DNA of 64,000 nt. It comes from Azolla caroliniana. Taxonomy: Eukaryota > Plantae > Polypodiophyta. The position numbers and the translations under genes were made by a program. Below are positions 25,857-40,185 of this stretch, one piece after another (the stretch's first letter is position 1; the number at the start of each line of letters is the position of its first letter). The stretch spans positions 24,490,001 to 24,554,000 of the forward strand of contig JBHGNT010000002.1 of the NCBI GenBank assembly GCA_043228905.1, read 5' to 3'. A model generated the notes under the pieces. The model made no database searches. It was given only the letters and a program-made list of their open reading frames with translations, and had not been told where the DNA came from.

Positions 25857-28800
25857 CGCCGACAGATTCGTCTTCTTTTAGAGCTGAAGGAAACAGCGAG
25901 GAACGAACGGAAAACGAGAACACAACACCGAAAGGCTTTTCAAACATTTGAAATGGTTTTTGGCGTGGACGGCCAAGGCCCATTTCTGTTAATTTCGGCA
26001 AAAGGGCATTTCTGTAATTTCATAAATAATAGGGATGATGTGCATAATGCTTTTGCATTTGATGGTAGGCAGATAGGACTCAAAGTTAAAACTTATATCT
26101 ATCAAAGTTAGAAGGCAGTGTTTCTTTTTCTTCTTCTCTAAAACAAATTATCCTTCGATTAGTTTTAAAAAGAGGCATATCACCTCCAATGTACAAAATA
26201 GATCGAAAGGAAGGAAAATATCCTTCCCAAGCTCGTCTTGTATAAGACAATGGCTAGCCATGGATCCTTCATATAAATGAGGTAAGAAAATGAATCTATA
26301 TACATCCAAAGTAGCAAAAAACAACCGACAAACAGGGAGAAAACTTCCAAATTATCATACAATCTGTCAATCGAAAGATTGGAATGCAACTCCAAAGCTT
26401 CCAAAATAGTTATTTTTAATAGCAGTCCATAATCCGTATGTGTAGGAATATTATTGTTTTCAGCTTTTAATGAACTCATCAACCATGACCAAACGGAAGC
26501 AACGTTTTTTTCAACCAACATTATTTGACCCCGAAACATCCGCACACACCGTGCTTTCCGTAGAGATCAAACAACTATTGGAGCCAATCTATCCCACAAC
26601 TCCTCCTTCCATCTCATAATAAGAGATGGAATTATGAAATTACCTCTAGACCATTGCCCCATGGAACAAAGCCTCTCCCACACTTTCATGAATATAATTG
26701 TGTGTTTTTACACAGAGAGGAGGGGGGAGGGAGGGAGAGGGAGAGATCGTGGTCTTCAAAACTACACGAACATGATTTCATATGTTTCATGGATATTCAT
26801 ATAATTATATTTGATGATGATTATATGCTTTGCCAATTCTTACAACCCTTGATTTGGTGGTAGATTTAATTGCAATAACAAAAAACAAAATACCCACAAT
26901 GTCACATTAATAACATCTATCATATGTTGCTTGAAGATAGAGCTTGCTTACTAATTAAGGTATTGCCTATACAACACATTATATGTTATAGGCATAACCT
27001 TATGGATCAATTTTATTGTTAATGTTAATGGGTCAAGGGTATGATAGTTGGAGACATAAAATACCATTGTAATCCCATATCACCCAATATTACCTTGTGT
27101 TATGCCTAGAATGTTGAATATCAACTTTGAAGAAGAGAGCTTGGTTGTGCTTATAAGATTACCCGATGTGTGCAATGGTGGAGTCGAGTGTTAGACATAA
27201 GATGATAATCTCATTTTCCATTTTGTGCAAAATTGCTTCTTTAGTAGTTATAGTGGATTGCTTGCCTTTGTTTTTTTTCACAATCTTGATGAGACATGTT
27301 TTTTTTATAAAGGCATTGGGATGATGTCATGCACATATTCATTACCACGTTTCATTGAGACAACCATTGGAGTTGTTATATCACAACTTTGGGCATCATT
27401 AATTGTGAAACATTTGAGACTATTTCAATGGGTTTTTGCTCAAGGAATGAGAGCTTTATCCTCCCATTATACAAGTTGTGTTTGATTGTTAAGTAAATTA
27501 ATGTTATACTATTTGGTTTTAATAACCTTATAAGGCTTAGTTTTTTAACCTAAATACTGGTCATATGCCAAATATATGTAAGAAACACAAGCATATTGCA
27601 ATTTGTGGAGGACCGCCCTTTATAGATTAATGATGACTAATGGCTAATGGCCTTGTAATGTGAAAGGAACCATTTAGGGTTTCCAAAATGTATTAAAAAT
27701 GCAAGACTCTTATGTAAAAGGGGTCTTTGGGTGCCCTACATTTGGGGCTACATTTTGCTCCTCATTTTCTTCCTTTTACATCCACTGAGTGTCACTTTCT
27801 TCCATGTTGTTTTTCCGCCTAGTTTATTGAGATATATATGTTTCTTATCTAGTAGTTATCTAATAATTAAGACACCTCATATGTTTGTTAAATAGCAATG
27901 ATCTATAGGCGTGTGTTAATTTTTAATTAATTTAAGAATGGTAATGATCCTTGGAAGTGCAACACCCCAAGGTATGAGTCATGTTGATCCCTTTGGAAAA
28001 ACTCGATTCATTGACCACCTTAGATGTTTGCATATATAGTACAATTGGAGTATCAAATTTGGTTTTTGTTTGATAGTCTCTATGTACTGCCACAATTGAG
28101 ACATTGGTTAAAAGGAAAATTGGTTTCATAGCTTTCACAATTGAGCTTTATGAATACCTTTCTTCCAAGAGGAGTTGCTTTTATATCAACTCGTAATACA
28201 ATACCTTAGAGGTTTACCTTGTCACAAGCTCCTTGCTATTATAGTATGGACAACAAACATTTTTTGTATTGACATTTGTTTTAATATATACAATAAGTTT
28301 ACAATAGATATAGACAAAGGTATTGATAATAACACTATGCTTTTTAGGATGACAATACTATCCTCATTCACTAAAATCACAAGTGATATGATAAAGGTTT
28401 ATGAATGGAGAGTATATTCATCTCAAAAAAATTTGAGATGTTGTCTTCCAATACATGAAGCAATCCAAATCCACCTCTTTTTATGAATCTCAAAACTTTG
28501 GATGGAGAATATAAACTTCATAACTTTTTCTCGTTAGGAATCCTCGACCATATTCATAACCTAAATGGAATGCCACATCAGTAGATTGTGTCGCAATTCA
28601 TTCGGGCCTTTTTCCTGTTCATCCATACTGAGAATCCTACCTTGACATTGACCCTTAGTAGGTTAAGAAGGAACTGATTAGATAGCTAATGTAAACTATA
28701 TATGGCTTAATCATCTCAAATAAAAAAGAGGTACACGTTCTCTGTTTGCTATTGCAACACGAATAACGACTCAATATATCTAAGAATGAACGACTAATCA

Positions 28801-29239
28801 ACATGAATAACGAGACAATTGTTGTCTTGCTCTATGGATTCAAGAGATTAACCATGAATAGAATATTCATCATTTTGTATCTCAAGCTAGAAGCTAATCC
28901 TGGGTTTTTTCTTTTGATGTATACGAACACAACCTTCTCAATAGTTTGGAGACCTTGAGGTAGAGAGTTCAATACATCAATGTGGCATGTATTTGAGGAT
29001 AAATAATATGGTGAAATTCAAGACTTGGTATTAATAGCCTAAAACCTTCAATAAGACTAAAATTGTCATTTAGGAACCTTGGAACAATGTATGTATAAAG
29101 TCGATGACCAAGATTCAAGATGAACTGCTCATTCCTCGAGGTAAAATGGGTGCAATAAAAAGTAAACTTAGTAGAATTGCCCATACTATTCCACCTTCAC
29201 ATCATGTGAAAATCTCAACAACACTAATACAAGTGACAT

Positions 29240-29860
29240 AACATTGGGCAAAGAGAGGGAGAGGACTATATGCTAGCAAGGGAGGAATAAAGACCAATAA
29301 AAATGCCGCATGAGGATTGAATATTGTGCACATACTCTCCCACCTATTTGCTACGTGAAACTCTTGACAACGATCATATGAGCCACACAATCATGGGGCA
29401 AAAAGAGGAAGACAACCTGATGCTAAAGAAGTGCCATCAAGTGAGGAATAAAAGCCAATAGAAAGCTCCATGAGGACTCCAATATTATGCACATACTCTC
29501 CCACCTTCTTGATAGGTGAAAATCTGGAGAACAATCATACGAGGGAGGGGCACCCACGGAAATAGGGAACAAAGAGAGGGAGAGATGCCGATGTCAGGGA
29601 AGTGCTAACGAGGGAGGAACAGAAGCCAATGAAAGGCAACATTGTGGAACCAGTATCTCCCCAAAGTCCCCCCCCCCCCCCCCCCCCAGCTTCTTTGCGA
29701 TATGAAAAACTAGACAATAATCATATGACTGGCACCCATAGAGATAAGGAATAACAAAGAGATAGCGAGCCGAAGCCGATAATGCGAGGAGAAGTGCTAG
29801 CGAGAGAATAAAAGGCAATAAAGAGGTCCATGGAGATCCAATATCTCTCGCACATACTCT
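29240..29860. repeat. Degenerate repeats upstream of the GYF gene, including a C20 run
   Basis: GAGGAATAAAAGCCAAT-like and CATACTCT units recur 3-4 times. C-run at 29668-29687. Confidence 0.55.
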
Positions 29861-30359
29861 AACTTTAGATTTTAAAAGAAATGCAATGGACATGCAAGAA
29901 GATGCTTTGCCTAATTTTTTCCAAAGGGCAACCGGAAGGATCGGTAGAAGTTACAGCGTCACCGGAAGAAACCGGTCATCCCTTCACCCTCCTCTTTCTC
30001 CTCTCCTCTCCTCTCCTCTCCTCCCTCTCTCTGACTTCCATATCCCTACGTGAATCTACGAGCTAAATCGGAGCTTTTTCACACGCCATAGCCACTGCCG
30101 ACCTTTTGAAACCGTAATTCTGCTGTTGAGTTGTATTCCGTTACTGTGTTAGTGGTAGTGGGCTTATAAAATCCTACCCCCACCTATACCCCTCGAGCTT
30201 CATTATTGCTCCGTTTTCTCTCCCTGTTGTTGCATTAATCCTTTATTCACTCAGGGGAACTGGTTTTTTGTGTTTGTCTTTGCAGAACTGTATCTTTTCT
30301 GCTACTTTCCTTTTCCTTTTGAGTTTTCCTTTCTTTTCTCTGCCTTTTGGTTTTGGTCA

Positions 30360-33300
30360 ATGGAAGACATGAAATCTGAAGAACAGGCGATCAAAGGAGA
30401 AAGTGCAAAGAAATCAATCAAAGGTGAGGGGATTCTGACCATTAACGATGACGTATAGTGACTTAAAACTTTGGTTGTTGTTTTCTGTCTTAATTACATT
30501 TCTTAAGTGCATATACATACATACATACATACATATTATATATATATATATATATATGTAATTCATGAAACTTAAGATTTTATCCTTTTTAAATTTAGAG
30601 AAATTATAAAATAGGTGTCTTAGTATTGTGAAAGATCCCATGATTGAGTTTTTGTGTTTTCCAGTGATTGTTTTATAGTTTTTTATGTTTATGATCAATG
30701 AGTGTCATCATTTTCTCATTGCACTGCAAACCATAGATGCCATCATATATGTTCCAGACTTCAGCTCATAGTGCAATGAGTATGCTGCTAATATGTACTA
30801 GGAACCAAACTTTTGATCCTGTATTATCTCCCAGGGACAATTCCTTTTATGATCCAATGCTATGTTTTTTGTCTTTATGATGACTATACAATGATTGGTG
30901 GGCTCTATATATAGAAACTTGATAGTTGTTTCATCTCATTGCATTTCAAATTATAGAATGATAGCCGTGAAAGTTTCATCTAATGATGCTTTGCAAAAGT
31001 TCATGAATACTGTTTTAGTTCAAAGTAGGATTTTCCCTTTGATCTTTCCTATTGCCCAGTGCTATGGTTTGTGTGTCTGCAATTGCTTTTTATCCTTTTA
31101 TGTTTATATTTGAGTGTCATCCTATTCGTGTTTATGATTTAATAATTTAATGCTTAGTTTTGCCCTTCCCTTCTAAGAAACTTATGTGCTGTAAGATTTT
31201 AGAACTATAAAAGCATTTTGATTCTCTTATAAGTTTAGAGTAGCGACAACATTCTGCAATTAAGAAGGAGATATCTTTCTATTGATGTAAGTGCGTAGTG
31301 GATACGTGAACCCTTTTTTTGAGCCCTTATAAAAACATTCAATATTCTGCAATCAAGAACTACATCTCCTGCTATTGAATCTTGATGTAAATGGATATGT
31401 CAACTTATGCGTTTTTAAGCTCTAATAAAGTCATCACAATATCCTACAACCGGGAACTAGGTGACTTGGAATCCATGCGATTTTATGATATGTCAACCAC
31501 AGGTTTAAGTACTTGATGTGCGACAAAGGATCATTGGATTCAGTATTGTTCAGTGTCTCCATTTTCTTTATTGCATCATATGTTCATTTAAATAGTTTAG
31601 GTACAACCAAAAATGGCCTGAAATATGGATTGGTGATGAGGTTTCTAGAAATATTCAGTAAGTATGTAGCACAAACTGATCGCAGATTTCTGTATGAAAG
31701 TACTCAATTATAACATTGGCCTTGCATGTGGATTTAGAAATCACTTGAACTACAACCTTAACTACTTAGATTTATTGAGTATGCACTTGTAAGCAGAAAT
31801 ATTAGGGGTATCAAGTCTATGTAAGAGGATTTGACAAAGCAAAATGATGTAACATAATGTTTGGGAACTATATGCATTTATTTTTTAATAAAGATAGTTG
31901 AGTATATCATATTTAGAAAAATAAAGCAACATGCAATGCAGTTGATGATTAGCTGAAGGCTAAGTTGAAAGTGATCCATGCTTTCCAACTTTGTAATATT
32001 GCTGGTTTAGTTACATAAATTTCCTATATTTTCTTTTCAGTTGATTAATCTTAATTCTTCCACATTATAAAATTGAGTAATTAGCCTGGTAACTTAACAG
32101 AACTATGTATTAATATTTCATATGTGATGTGCCATCTAAAATTGGGCATTGTTTGTAAATTAGAACCTTGTAGAAATCGGATACATAGTTAACTGCTAAG
32201 TTTGTATTGCTTGTGAAATTCATGATAGAAATGTGGGATTTTAGTAGAGATGATGCAACATCTATTCTATGCTATACATGATAGAGCATGTTCATCTTCT
32301 TGTAGTATGTGTTTGCATTTCATACAGGCCATGCCAATTTCTCATTATGACCCCAATATATGAGACTTGTGGTGGTGTTCAACTTCAGAGGAATTTAAAA
32401 TGGAAAAACATTTATTTCTCGGTTCGCATAATGGTGAAATTGTTTTCTTTGCATATAAAACATATTTTGCTTAAAGATAAATACTTTTTTTGCTGCCCAA
32501 AGTAGCATTTTAGTTATGACTATTTTTGGACATAAATATCCTTCAAGAAGATAAATACTCAAGAGCACTTGTAGGCCCAAATAACTTCATTCTTTTGATG
32601 ATATATAAACTCTGCATGTTATTTTTTTGGATTGTGTGCACGAAAGTTTCATGCATTGCTTTCAAGGCAATTGATTGTTTGGTTACACCTATCAAGCACT
32701 ATCTATATTGTGGTAAGACTGCAGAAAATCACAGAAAACCTTATTATCATAGATTATTATATAGAAAGTTTAGGGGGAAAGCAAAGTATAAGGAAGAAAG
32801 TTAAGGAAAGACATGTAAGTTGCATATACACTAGAGAGAAGAACAAGCAATTTACATTTTATATTTTCAGGTAAGATTGCATTTCTTGTATTATACTGAT
32901 TTCTCCTGGCAAGAGAAATTCTAGAGAAGTTATCTGGAGATGCTGAGATGAAATAGGAATGTGTTTCGGAATTTCTCTACATTAGATAACATGAAAGCTC
33001 CAGATTGCTTCTTGATGGCGTATAATGATGAATTCAATTTAAGTTTGATTTATGATGATCGCTAATTACAGATGATGGAAATGCAATATCTGGAACAAGT
33101 AACAGTACAAGTCCAATGTCTAGTGCTCAAGATTTCAAAGGTAGGTTTTTCCTTTTGAACTTCCAAGTTTGTTTTTTTAAAAGTGACTTCATATGTAGCT
33201 TTGGGTTTGTTGCAGATTTGCCAGGAATAGAGAATATAATTCCTTTGTCTCCTCAGTGGCTGTTCTCAAAACCCAGCGACAACAAGACACTGATAACACC

Positions 33301-36300
33301 AATTGTCAGTACACCATGGTTATTGTTTGTAATAATGTGTATTGCCCGTGGGCAATTTCCTACATGTCATTCCAGAAGTCCTTGAAATTATGTTATTTGT
33401 GACATGATTGCTCCACATTAATTGGATTTAGCATGCAGGATCTTCCATATGCACCGACAAACTCTATCAATGAAGTAAAGGTTGATCATGTATCAAAAGA
33501 GTTGCAGAGGGCAGATGGGAATCGAGAATCAGAGAAACGAAAGGAATGGTGGCGAACTCTGTCCTTAGAAGCTGATGGGAGTGGTCGACGCGATCGTTGG
33601 AGGGAAGAGGAACGTGAGACAACCTCTGTTGGTAGACGTGAGAGATGGAAGGAGGGTGGAGATGGTACTGAAACTAGGAGAAACGATCGTTGGTCGGAGA
33701 ATCCATTGAATCAAAGAGATTCTTCTGATGGTAGAAGAACTCCCTTATCAGAACGCCGTTCTGATGCTCCCACACGAGACATCACTTTTGAGACACGTCG
33801 AGATAGCAAGTGGAGTACACGATGGGGTCCAGATGAGAAGGAGCCTAGTAGGCGAGAGAAACGTCCCGAGATCGAGAAAGAAGAAGTGCACAAGGAAAGA
33901 CAACACTCTGTTTTCAATACTACTGGTAGTAGCCGGAATGAGAATGAACGAGAAACTACAAATTCATCTGGTCGGGATCGTGATCGCATTTGGCGACATC
34001 ATTCTATTACTGGTAGAACTAAGGGAGAGACAGTTTCTCTTGGATCTACCTCTCCCAAAACGGCTCCTGGATTTGGAGTTGGAAGAGGCCGTGGTGATAA
34101 TACAGCTATTGGGTTTGCCATTGGCAGAGGACGTGCTAATTTTTCTGGTATTTTGAATACAATGACTCCCTCTATCGGAGCTTCAACCCATTTAGAGAAT
34201 GCAAATGCCACTCAAAGGTTCTGTTATCCTCGGGGAAAGCTTTTGGACATATATCGAAAGTCAAATGTGTTCTCTTCCTTCACTGATTTTCCTACAAGCT
34301 TTAGAGAAGTATCTGATTTGACACATGCAGACCCTCTGGAACCATTAGCCTTTTTTACTCCTGACATGGATGAAGAGGTAGGGTTTAACATACTGAATGG
34401 GTTCTTTTGTTCCCCTTATATACTTGTATGGGGGTCATGCGTTTTTTGTTTCATTTTACTAATTGGAAGCAATCTATCCAGGTTGCCTTGGAAGGTATTA
34501 TGAAAGGTGACATCTTGAGCAGTGGTGCAACTCATTCAACTACGCGAGAACAAACACCTAACAAAATACAAGACAATGGTAGTTGGAATCGTACACAAAG
34601 TTGGAATAATGGTGAATGGAGTATTTGATAATCTCAGTGATTTGGAAATTTGTCCAGTATACGACCGTCATTTGAGGACCTCTTTCTGGTTGTTTCTTAG
34701 GTATTAAAGAGGATATTCAGATTGAAGCTTCAAATAAACGAGATTTATTCATTCCTGATGATGAAGCCAGTGCTGAAAATAAAGAAGGCATAGATGTGCA
34801 CATAGATCAATCTATTCATAATGCAGTGGGTATGCAATGTGTGGTTATTATAACCGCTGATGATTCTTACAGATCGGGATCTTTAACACCTATCTTTTTT
34901 TATAGGTAACAATAAAGGTGACAATATGGAAACTTTATCCTCACAAAATGACGTGGTGGTGGAGTTTCCTGAAGCTGGACCAGATGTGCATTGCTTAACT
35001 AACAGTAAGCAAAATATGGAATTGGCAAAAGATAGGAAGCACTCGGATATACAAGATTCTGAAAAATCAGAGATTATGGACAAGTTTATATCTTCTCAAT
35101 TTAATGCACAACCAGAGTTTGAGGAAACTGCTGGTTTTGAAGATAAGAAAGATATTGAAGAATGTCAAACTTCATTGGGAGATCTATCCCTTTTCTATAT
35201 TGACCCTCAAGGGGAAGTTCAAGGACCTTTTCTCGGCGTGGATATTGTTGGCTGGTTTCAAGCTGGTTTCTTTGGCATCGATCTCTTAGTTCGACTTTCA
35301 AATGCTCCAGAGGGCACACCTTTCACCCGACTGGGTGATATCATGCCAGATTTGAACTTGAAAATGCAAGGATTGCCTAGTGGAGGACTTGATATTCTGG
35401 ATATAAATGGAAGATTGATGGAAACTTTATCTACAGAGTTTTCGCAACAATCGACCTTGGACTCTGTTATGCAAGATGAGGTAAATAAGAGCCTGGTACA
35501 CAATAGAGAAACCAATAATGGATTGATTGATCGAGAAATGAACAAAATATTCTTAGAAAGAAAGGGGAGTTTCCATGCTGAAGATGCCCAATTGCCACAA
35601 ACCATCCATATAGATGGAAACACAGGTTTGTTTCTTCACGATTTTGATCAGATCTCTTTAAATTTTGGTTATGTTTTATATTTTTGTAACATTGTCTTTG
35701 TTGGGTAGATGTTGCAACTGACAAACTTCTCGAGTGGGGATCTGCTGCGAATATGGAAACACATGGGCTTGGACATGGGCTTGGACATGGGCTTGGAAGG
35801 CCTCCCATACAACCACAAAGGAAGTCAAATTTTTCTCATATGCAAGCAGAAGACCTGTCTGCATTTTCACAGAATCTATCAGATAAGAGTGCAGCCCATC
35901 CAGAAGTAGCTGGTGCATTTTCTAGTTTGACTGGGGAAGAACGGCAAGCAATTTCTGAAGCATTTCCAGGTAATTCGTTACTACAGGATAAATCTTGGCC
36001 AGATCCTTTGGTGCCAGAGACATTTGCCCATCAGGCCAACTTTCCAGGTTTAAATGCTTTCGAACTTCAGCAACTCCAGCACTTTGAGAAAGAAAGACTG
36101 CAACAAGTGGAACTTTCTCAGCCTGTTCCATTCCCACATTTATTACATCAGCATCATCATCAACGACAGCAACCCCACTTTTCAGAAGTGCTTGGACAAC
36201 AGCACGTACCAGAACAGCTTTTAAATCATGGGCTTAATCATGATTTTAATATGCATACAGCTCAGCACTTGGGCAGTCCTCATCCTTCATTTCTACTGCA

Positions 36301-39269
36301 AGACCACTCACAGTCTACATTGGAACACGTGTTAAGGCTTCAACTACAGCAACTGGAGCAAGAACAAGTGCCTTCACGTGCATATCTTGAGCACTTGTTA
36401 AGGCAAAATCATCAATTAGAAAACCTTCACCCTTCTCAGGTTTTAGCTGAACGCCATTTAAGAAGGCTGCAAGAAGCTTCTAGGACAGATTTGCAAACTC
36501 AACAGGTAGAGGAGTTACTACACAGACACTCTCAAGAACTCTTTTTGCAGAGACAACAAGAACAAGCAAGGCATGAGCAAGCACAACAAGAAGCTTCTAG
36601 AGCGGATTTGCATGCTCAACAGATTGAGGAGTTACTACTCCAGAGACACTCTCAAGAGATCTTCTTGCAGCGACAGCAAGACCAAGCACGCCAACAACAT
36701 GCTTTTTTGCTTCAGCAACATCTCTTGAATCTTGATGATCACTGCTTACCTGGTGGTTGGAAAGTGAACGAGTTTGGTGAATTTGTACAAACTCCTGTTT
36801 CAAACTCATCACCTGCTCTCGAAGCTTTTCATGAGTCTCAGCTTCATCATCAGCAGAGGCTATCCTCTTTGCATCATAGAGGCGAGATGCTCGGGCTAGA
36901 TGATAGTCAACAATATCACTCAAATATTGACTTACACGTTCTTGCAGATCTTCAAGCACAGAGAAAAATTTCAGCCTTGCTAGATGGCACAGAGACTATG
37001 CCAGATAATCTGCTGGCGCAACTTCGAGGCAAAATAGGAAGTTTTGAAGCACAAAATAATCTCTCACAGAATCAAATGTCTTTTCCGGAACAAACTTCAT
37101 TTGGAATGCAGGTACCCAAAAAGCAGTATGAACATTCAGGTGGAGCTTGGAATGTGGGCTATGACCTTGATATGGAAATGAGAGCAATGCCCAGACGAGA
37201 TAATGATATTTCTAGTTTCGATCGAATTTCTAGACCTGAGTTAACTACAAAATCGCAGGTTCATGCTGAGATGCTGAGGCAATCTTTAGAAGAGAGCATT
37301 GATAATACGGGTAGAATGTCAAAGCAGTCATCCATGCAGTCCCCTTTTCTGAGACAAATAGGAAAAACTTCAGAAGAAGACCTTGCAAAATTGTGGAGCA
37401 ATAATCACAACACGGACAATGGGATGTTAGGTTCACATTTCCATGATCATCTCGCATCTTGGCAGGCCTTGGCACAGGCAGAGTTGAATTTGCGAGGGAA
37501 GGATTCTCAGACACCTCAAATGAAGTTGTTTAATACCAGGACAGATGATGAAATTTCATCAATGAATAGAGCCCCTCTAATGGGTTGGAGAAATTCATTT
37601 TCTTCTGATGTAAATAATAATGGATTAGATTCTTTTCAACAAAACACAGCTGATATAGGCCCTGTTTTGGCACGTTCTGCTTCTTATGCAAGCAAAAGGG
37701 AATCCTCATGGGAAAAACATACTGCTTTGCAAAATGTTAATAATATAAATAATCTTCATAGTACTATGAATACCTACCTCTCTAGTGCAGAAGGAGTTCC
37801 AGGTTCTAATATCTCTATGTTCTTATCAAATTCTTCTGCCTCTGTGCCTGATCCTGATGTTGCTACTCTTCTGGATAACAGTAAAGAGGTAGGGTGCCAC
37901 ATGTACTCTACAAGATGTTTGTTTTGATTAAGGGTTTGATGAACTAAAATTGATCTTTTTCTTTGTTTTCTTGGTAATGTAAATAAACAGGCATTGTATA
38001 TGAGTGCACTAAAAGAACTTAAGAATACACAAAAGAGGGTGATAAATGAACCTGAGTGGCAATCTCATCTTTCAGAACATGACATGGCGATGTTGTCCAT
38101 GAATTTGCCTCATGTGGGCGAAATGTCATCAATGTGGCCCAGGTCTTCTTCCGATTCATTTATCCATAGCTCAACAGAGCAACACTTGAAGAGTGGAAGA
38201 TTGATGGGTGGACATTTTGAAGATCATGATGAAGTTTTCTTGAATTATATGAACTCGAAACAAGGCCTGGGAATTGAACAACAGTAATACCTTACATCTC
38301 ATTAATAATTCTCATTTTCTTTTCTTATGTGGTGTTAATGTGCATATACATGATATACATATACAAACCTTTTTAGGTCTTAGTTGGATAGAGGCACTCC
38401 AATTTGTGTTTATAGATGGATTTGTCAGTGTTAATATAGTTACTTTATGTAGCCTTGTTATTGACTCCTAATTAAGGTTATCTGTGTTCATAAACATTTT
38501 GTCTAAAATTCATTTCTAAGCTACGTAAGTTTTTTACGTAGGTTCAATTATCTGTCACTGGGGACTCAGAAAAATACCAGCAATGGAAATGAATCCCAGC
38601 AAACAGGCCTTGCTGAAATTCCATCTTTATCAGATTTCCCTGGAACATTTTCCCAACCACCACCAAGTATCCAAAACCCACAAGGTAGAAACTCAATGGG
38701 AGTTTTAGTAATTTTGTTTTCGTTTGGAAATCCATTGTATCTAGCAAAATGCTGTGTTGGATGTTGCAGGAATCTCTATGCCAAGTGAACAATCTTCTCT
38801 CACTGTAGCTGATGCAAAAGCATTCCGTGAATGGTGTGAGAACCAGATAACCATACTTACGAGCAGAGGTGGTAACACTCGTGTAATGATGGCAATAAGT
38901 TTGTTTCTTTATCTTTTTTCTGTTTGTTAATGATTTATTATAATCTTTGCATCATTAGAAGGAGCTGAACAGCTTACAGAATACACAGCTCCAGAAGTAC
39001 TACTACCACGAGACTCCCTACCAACAAGAGTTAAAACCCTCTCGGTTGGTGATGTTGGTATTGGACATCTAAACCTAATGGAGACAAAACCCAAACAGGT
39101 TTATGAAGGGTATGAAGAAGTAGACGTGGAGGCTAATGGCCAAGTTTCGGCATCCAGAAGTGGGAAAAAGAAGAAGAAGGTCAAGAAAATTGTTGATCCA
39201 TCGCTTTTAGGGTTTAATATGACCAGTAGCAGAGTCCTAATGGGTGAGATTCAGCATGCTGATGACTAG
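30360..39269 (+). CDS. EXA1: GYF-domain protein, EXA1/GIGYF-like (~1720 aa)
   Basis: Exons 30360-30423, 33072-33140, 33216-33304, 33439-34377, 34482-34611, 34701-34829, 34906-35625, 35709-37888, 37991-38283, 38542-38684, 38770-38871 and 38959-39269 (5169 nt). Motifs [36 protein letters not shown] (YxxxxL-phi), GYF domain [28 protein letters not shown] and VDPSLLGF...MGEIQ. Exon 1 is the least certain. Confidence 0.9.
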
Positions 39270-39939
39270 GGTAAAAAATGAAATTTTGTGTGTATATACA
39301 TTAGGCGAGCCTTGTACGATACAGAGAGAGAGAGGGGGGGGGGGGGGGGGAGCTGTTGTGTTTTTTCTACCATTTTTCAATAGTAAGCACGTTATATTTC
39401 TTTTTGGAACTTCAAAACTGTAAGTCTTTGTCAATCTAATTTGATCGCTTTTCTTGAGCTTTGTACATCGGTTGATTGAGAAGGTATATACCATTCGGCA
39501 ACAGAAGTGATTTGAGTAATCACTGTTATGATCTATATAGACCATGCACGTCAGCATTGTAAAACATTGTATGAGTGTATAACTTGGTTAGCTGTGAATG
39601 TAGTTATTGTATAGTTCACTGAATTGCTATAAAATCATAAACATTCTCCGGATATGGGCCTTGTAAGCCAATGGTTGGGTTCTCAATAACTACAGCAACT
39701 CCTACAAGAAAAAGTAACATTCTCTGGATGATGGCAAGTTTGGTAGGAGAGGTTATTCCCCACTTGAAGTTCCAAATTTGGAGCTGAGTAAGAGCGTTAT
39801 TGCGATGAGGGCTTTGGGTGAATGGGTTTTTTGTCTTGCTTTGTAAGTCATAGGTAGGTCAACTCATCCCACCCCTCATAAACATCCGTCTCGCTAGAGT
39901 ATATATCATGAATTCATAGGATTTTAGTAGAGCTTTGAT

Positions 39940-40185
39940 TGCAATGTAATGATTGTTATGCAAAATCATTCATTCTATCACTGTTTTAAAGATTGCTTGC
40001 ATAGTTGAATTGGGATGTGATTATTGTTTATGCAAAATAATTTATTCTATCAGTGTTTTAATGTTGCTTGCACAGTTGAATTGAGTTGAGGTGTTATGAT
40101 TGTTTTGCAAAATCATTAATTCTATAACTGTTTTGTTGACTGCATACATAGTTGAATTGAGATGTAATGATTGCTTACATAGTTG
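39940..40185. repeat. ~70-75-bp tandem repeat x3
   Basis: TGCAAAAT(C/A)ATT.ATTCTAT...AGTTGAATTG occurs three times. Confidence 0.8.

Noticed and set aside
26180-28500. 121-aa ORF and decayed gag/RT-like fragments
   Set aside because: Too degenerate to assign a family or boundaries by eye.
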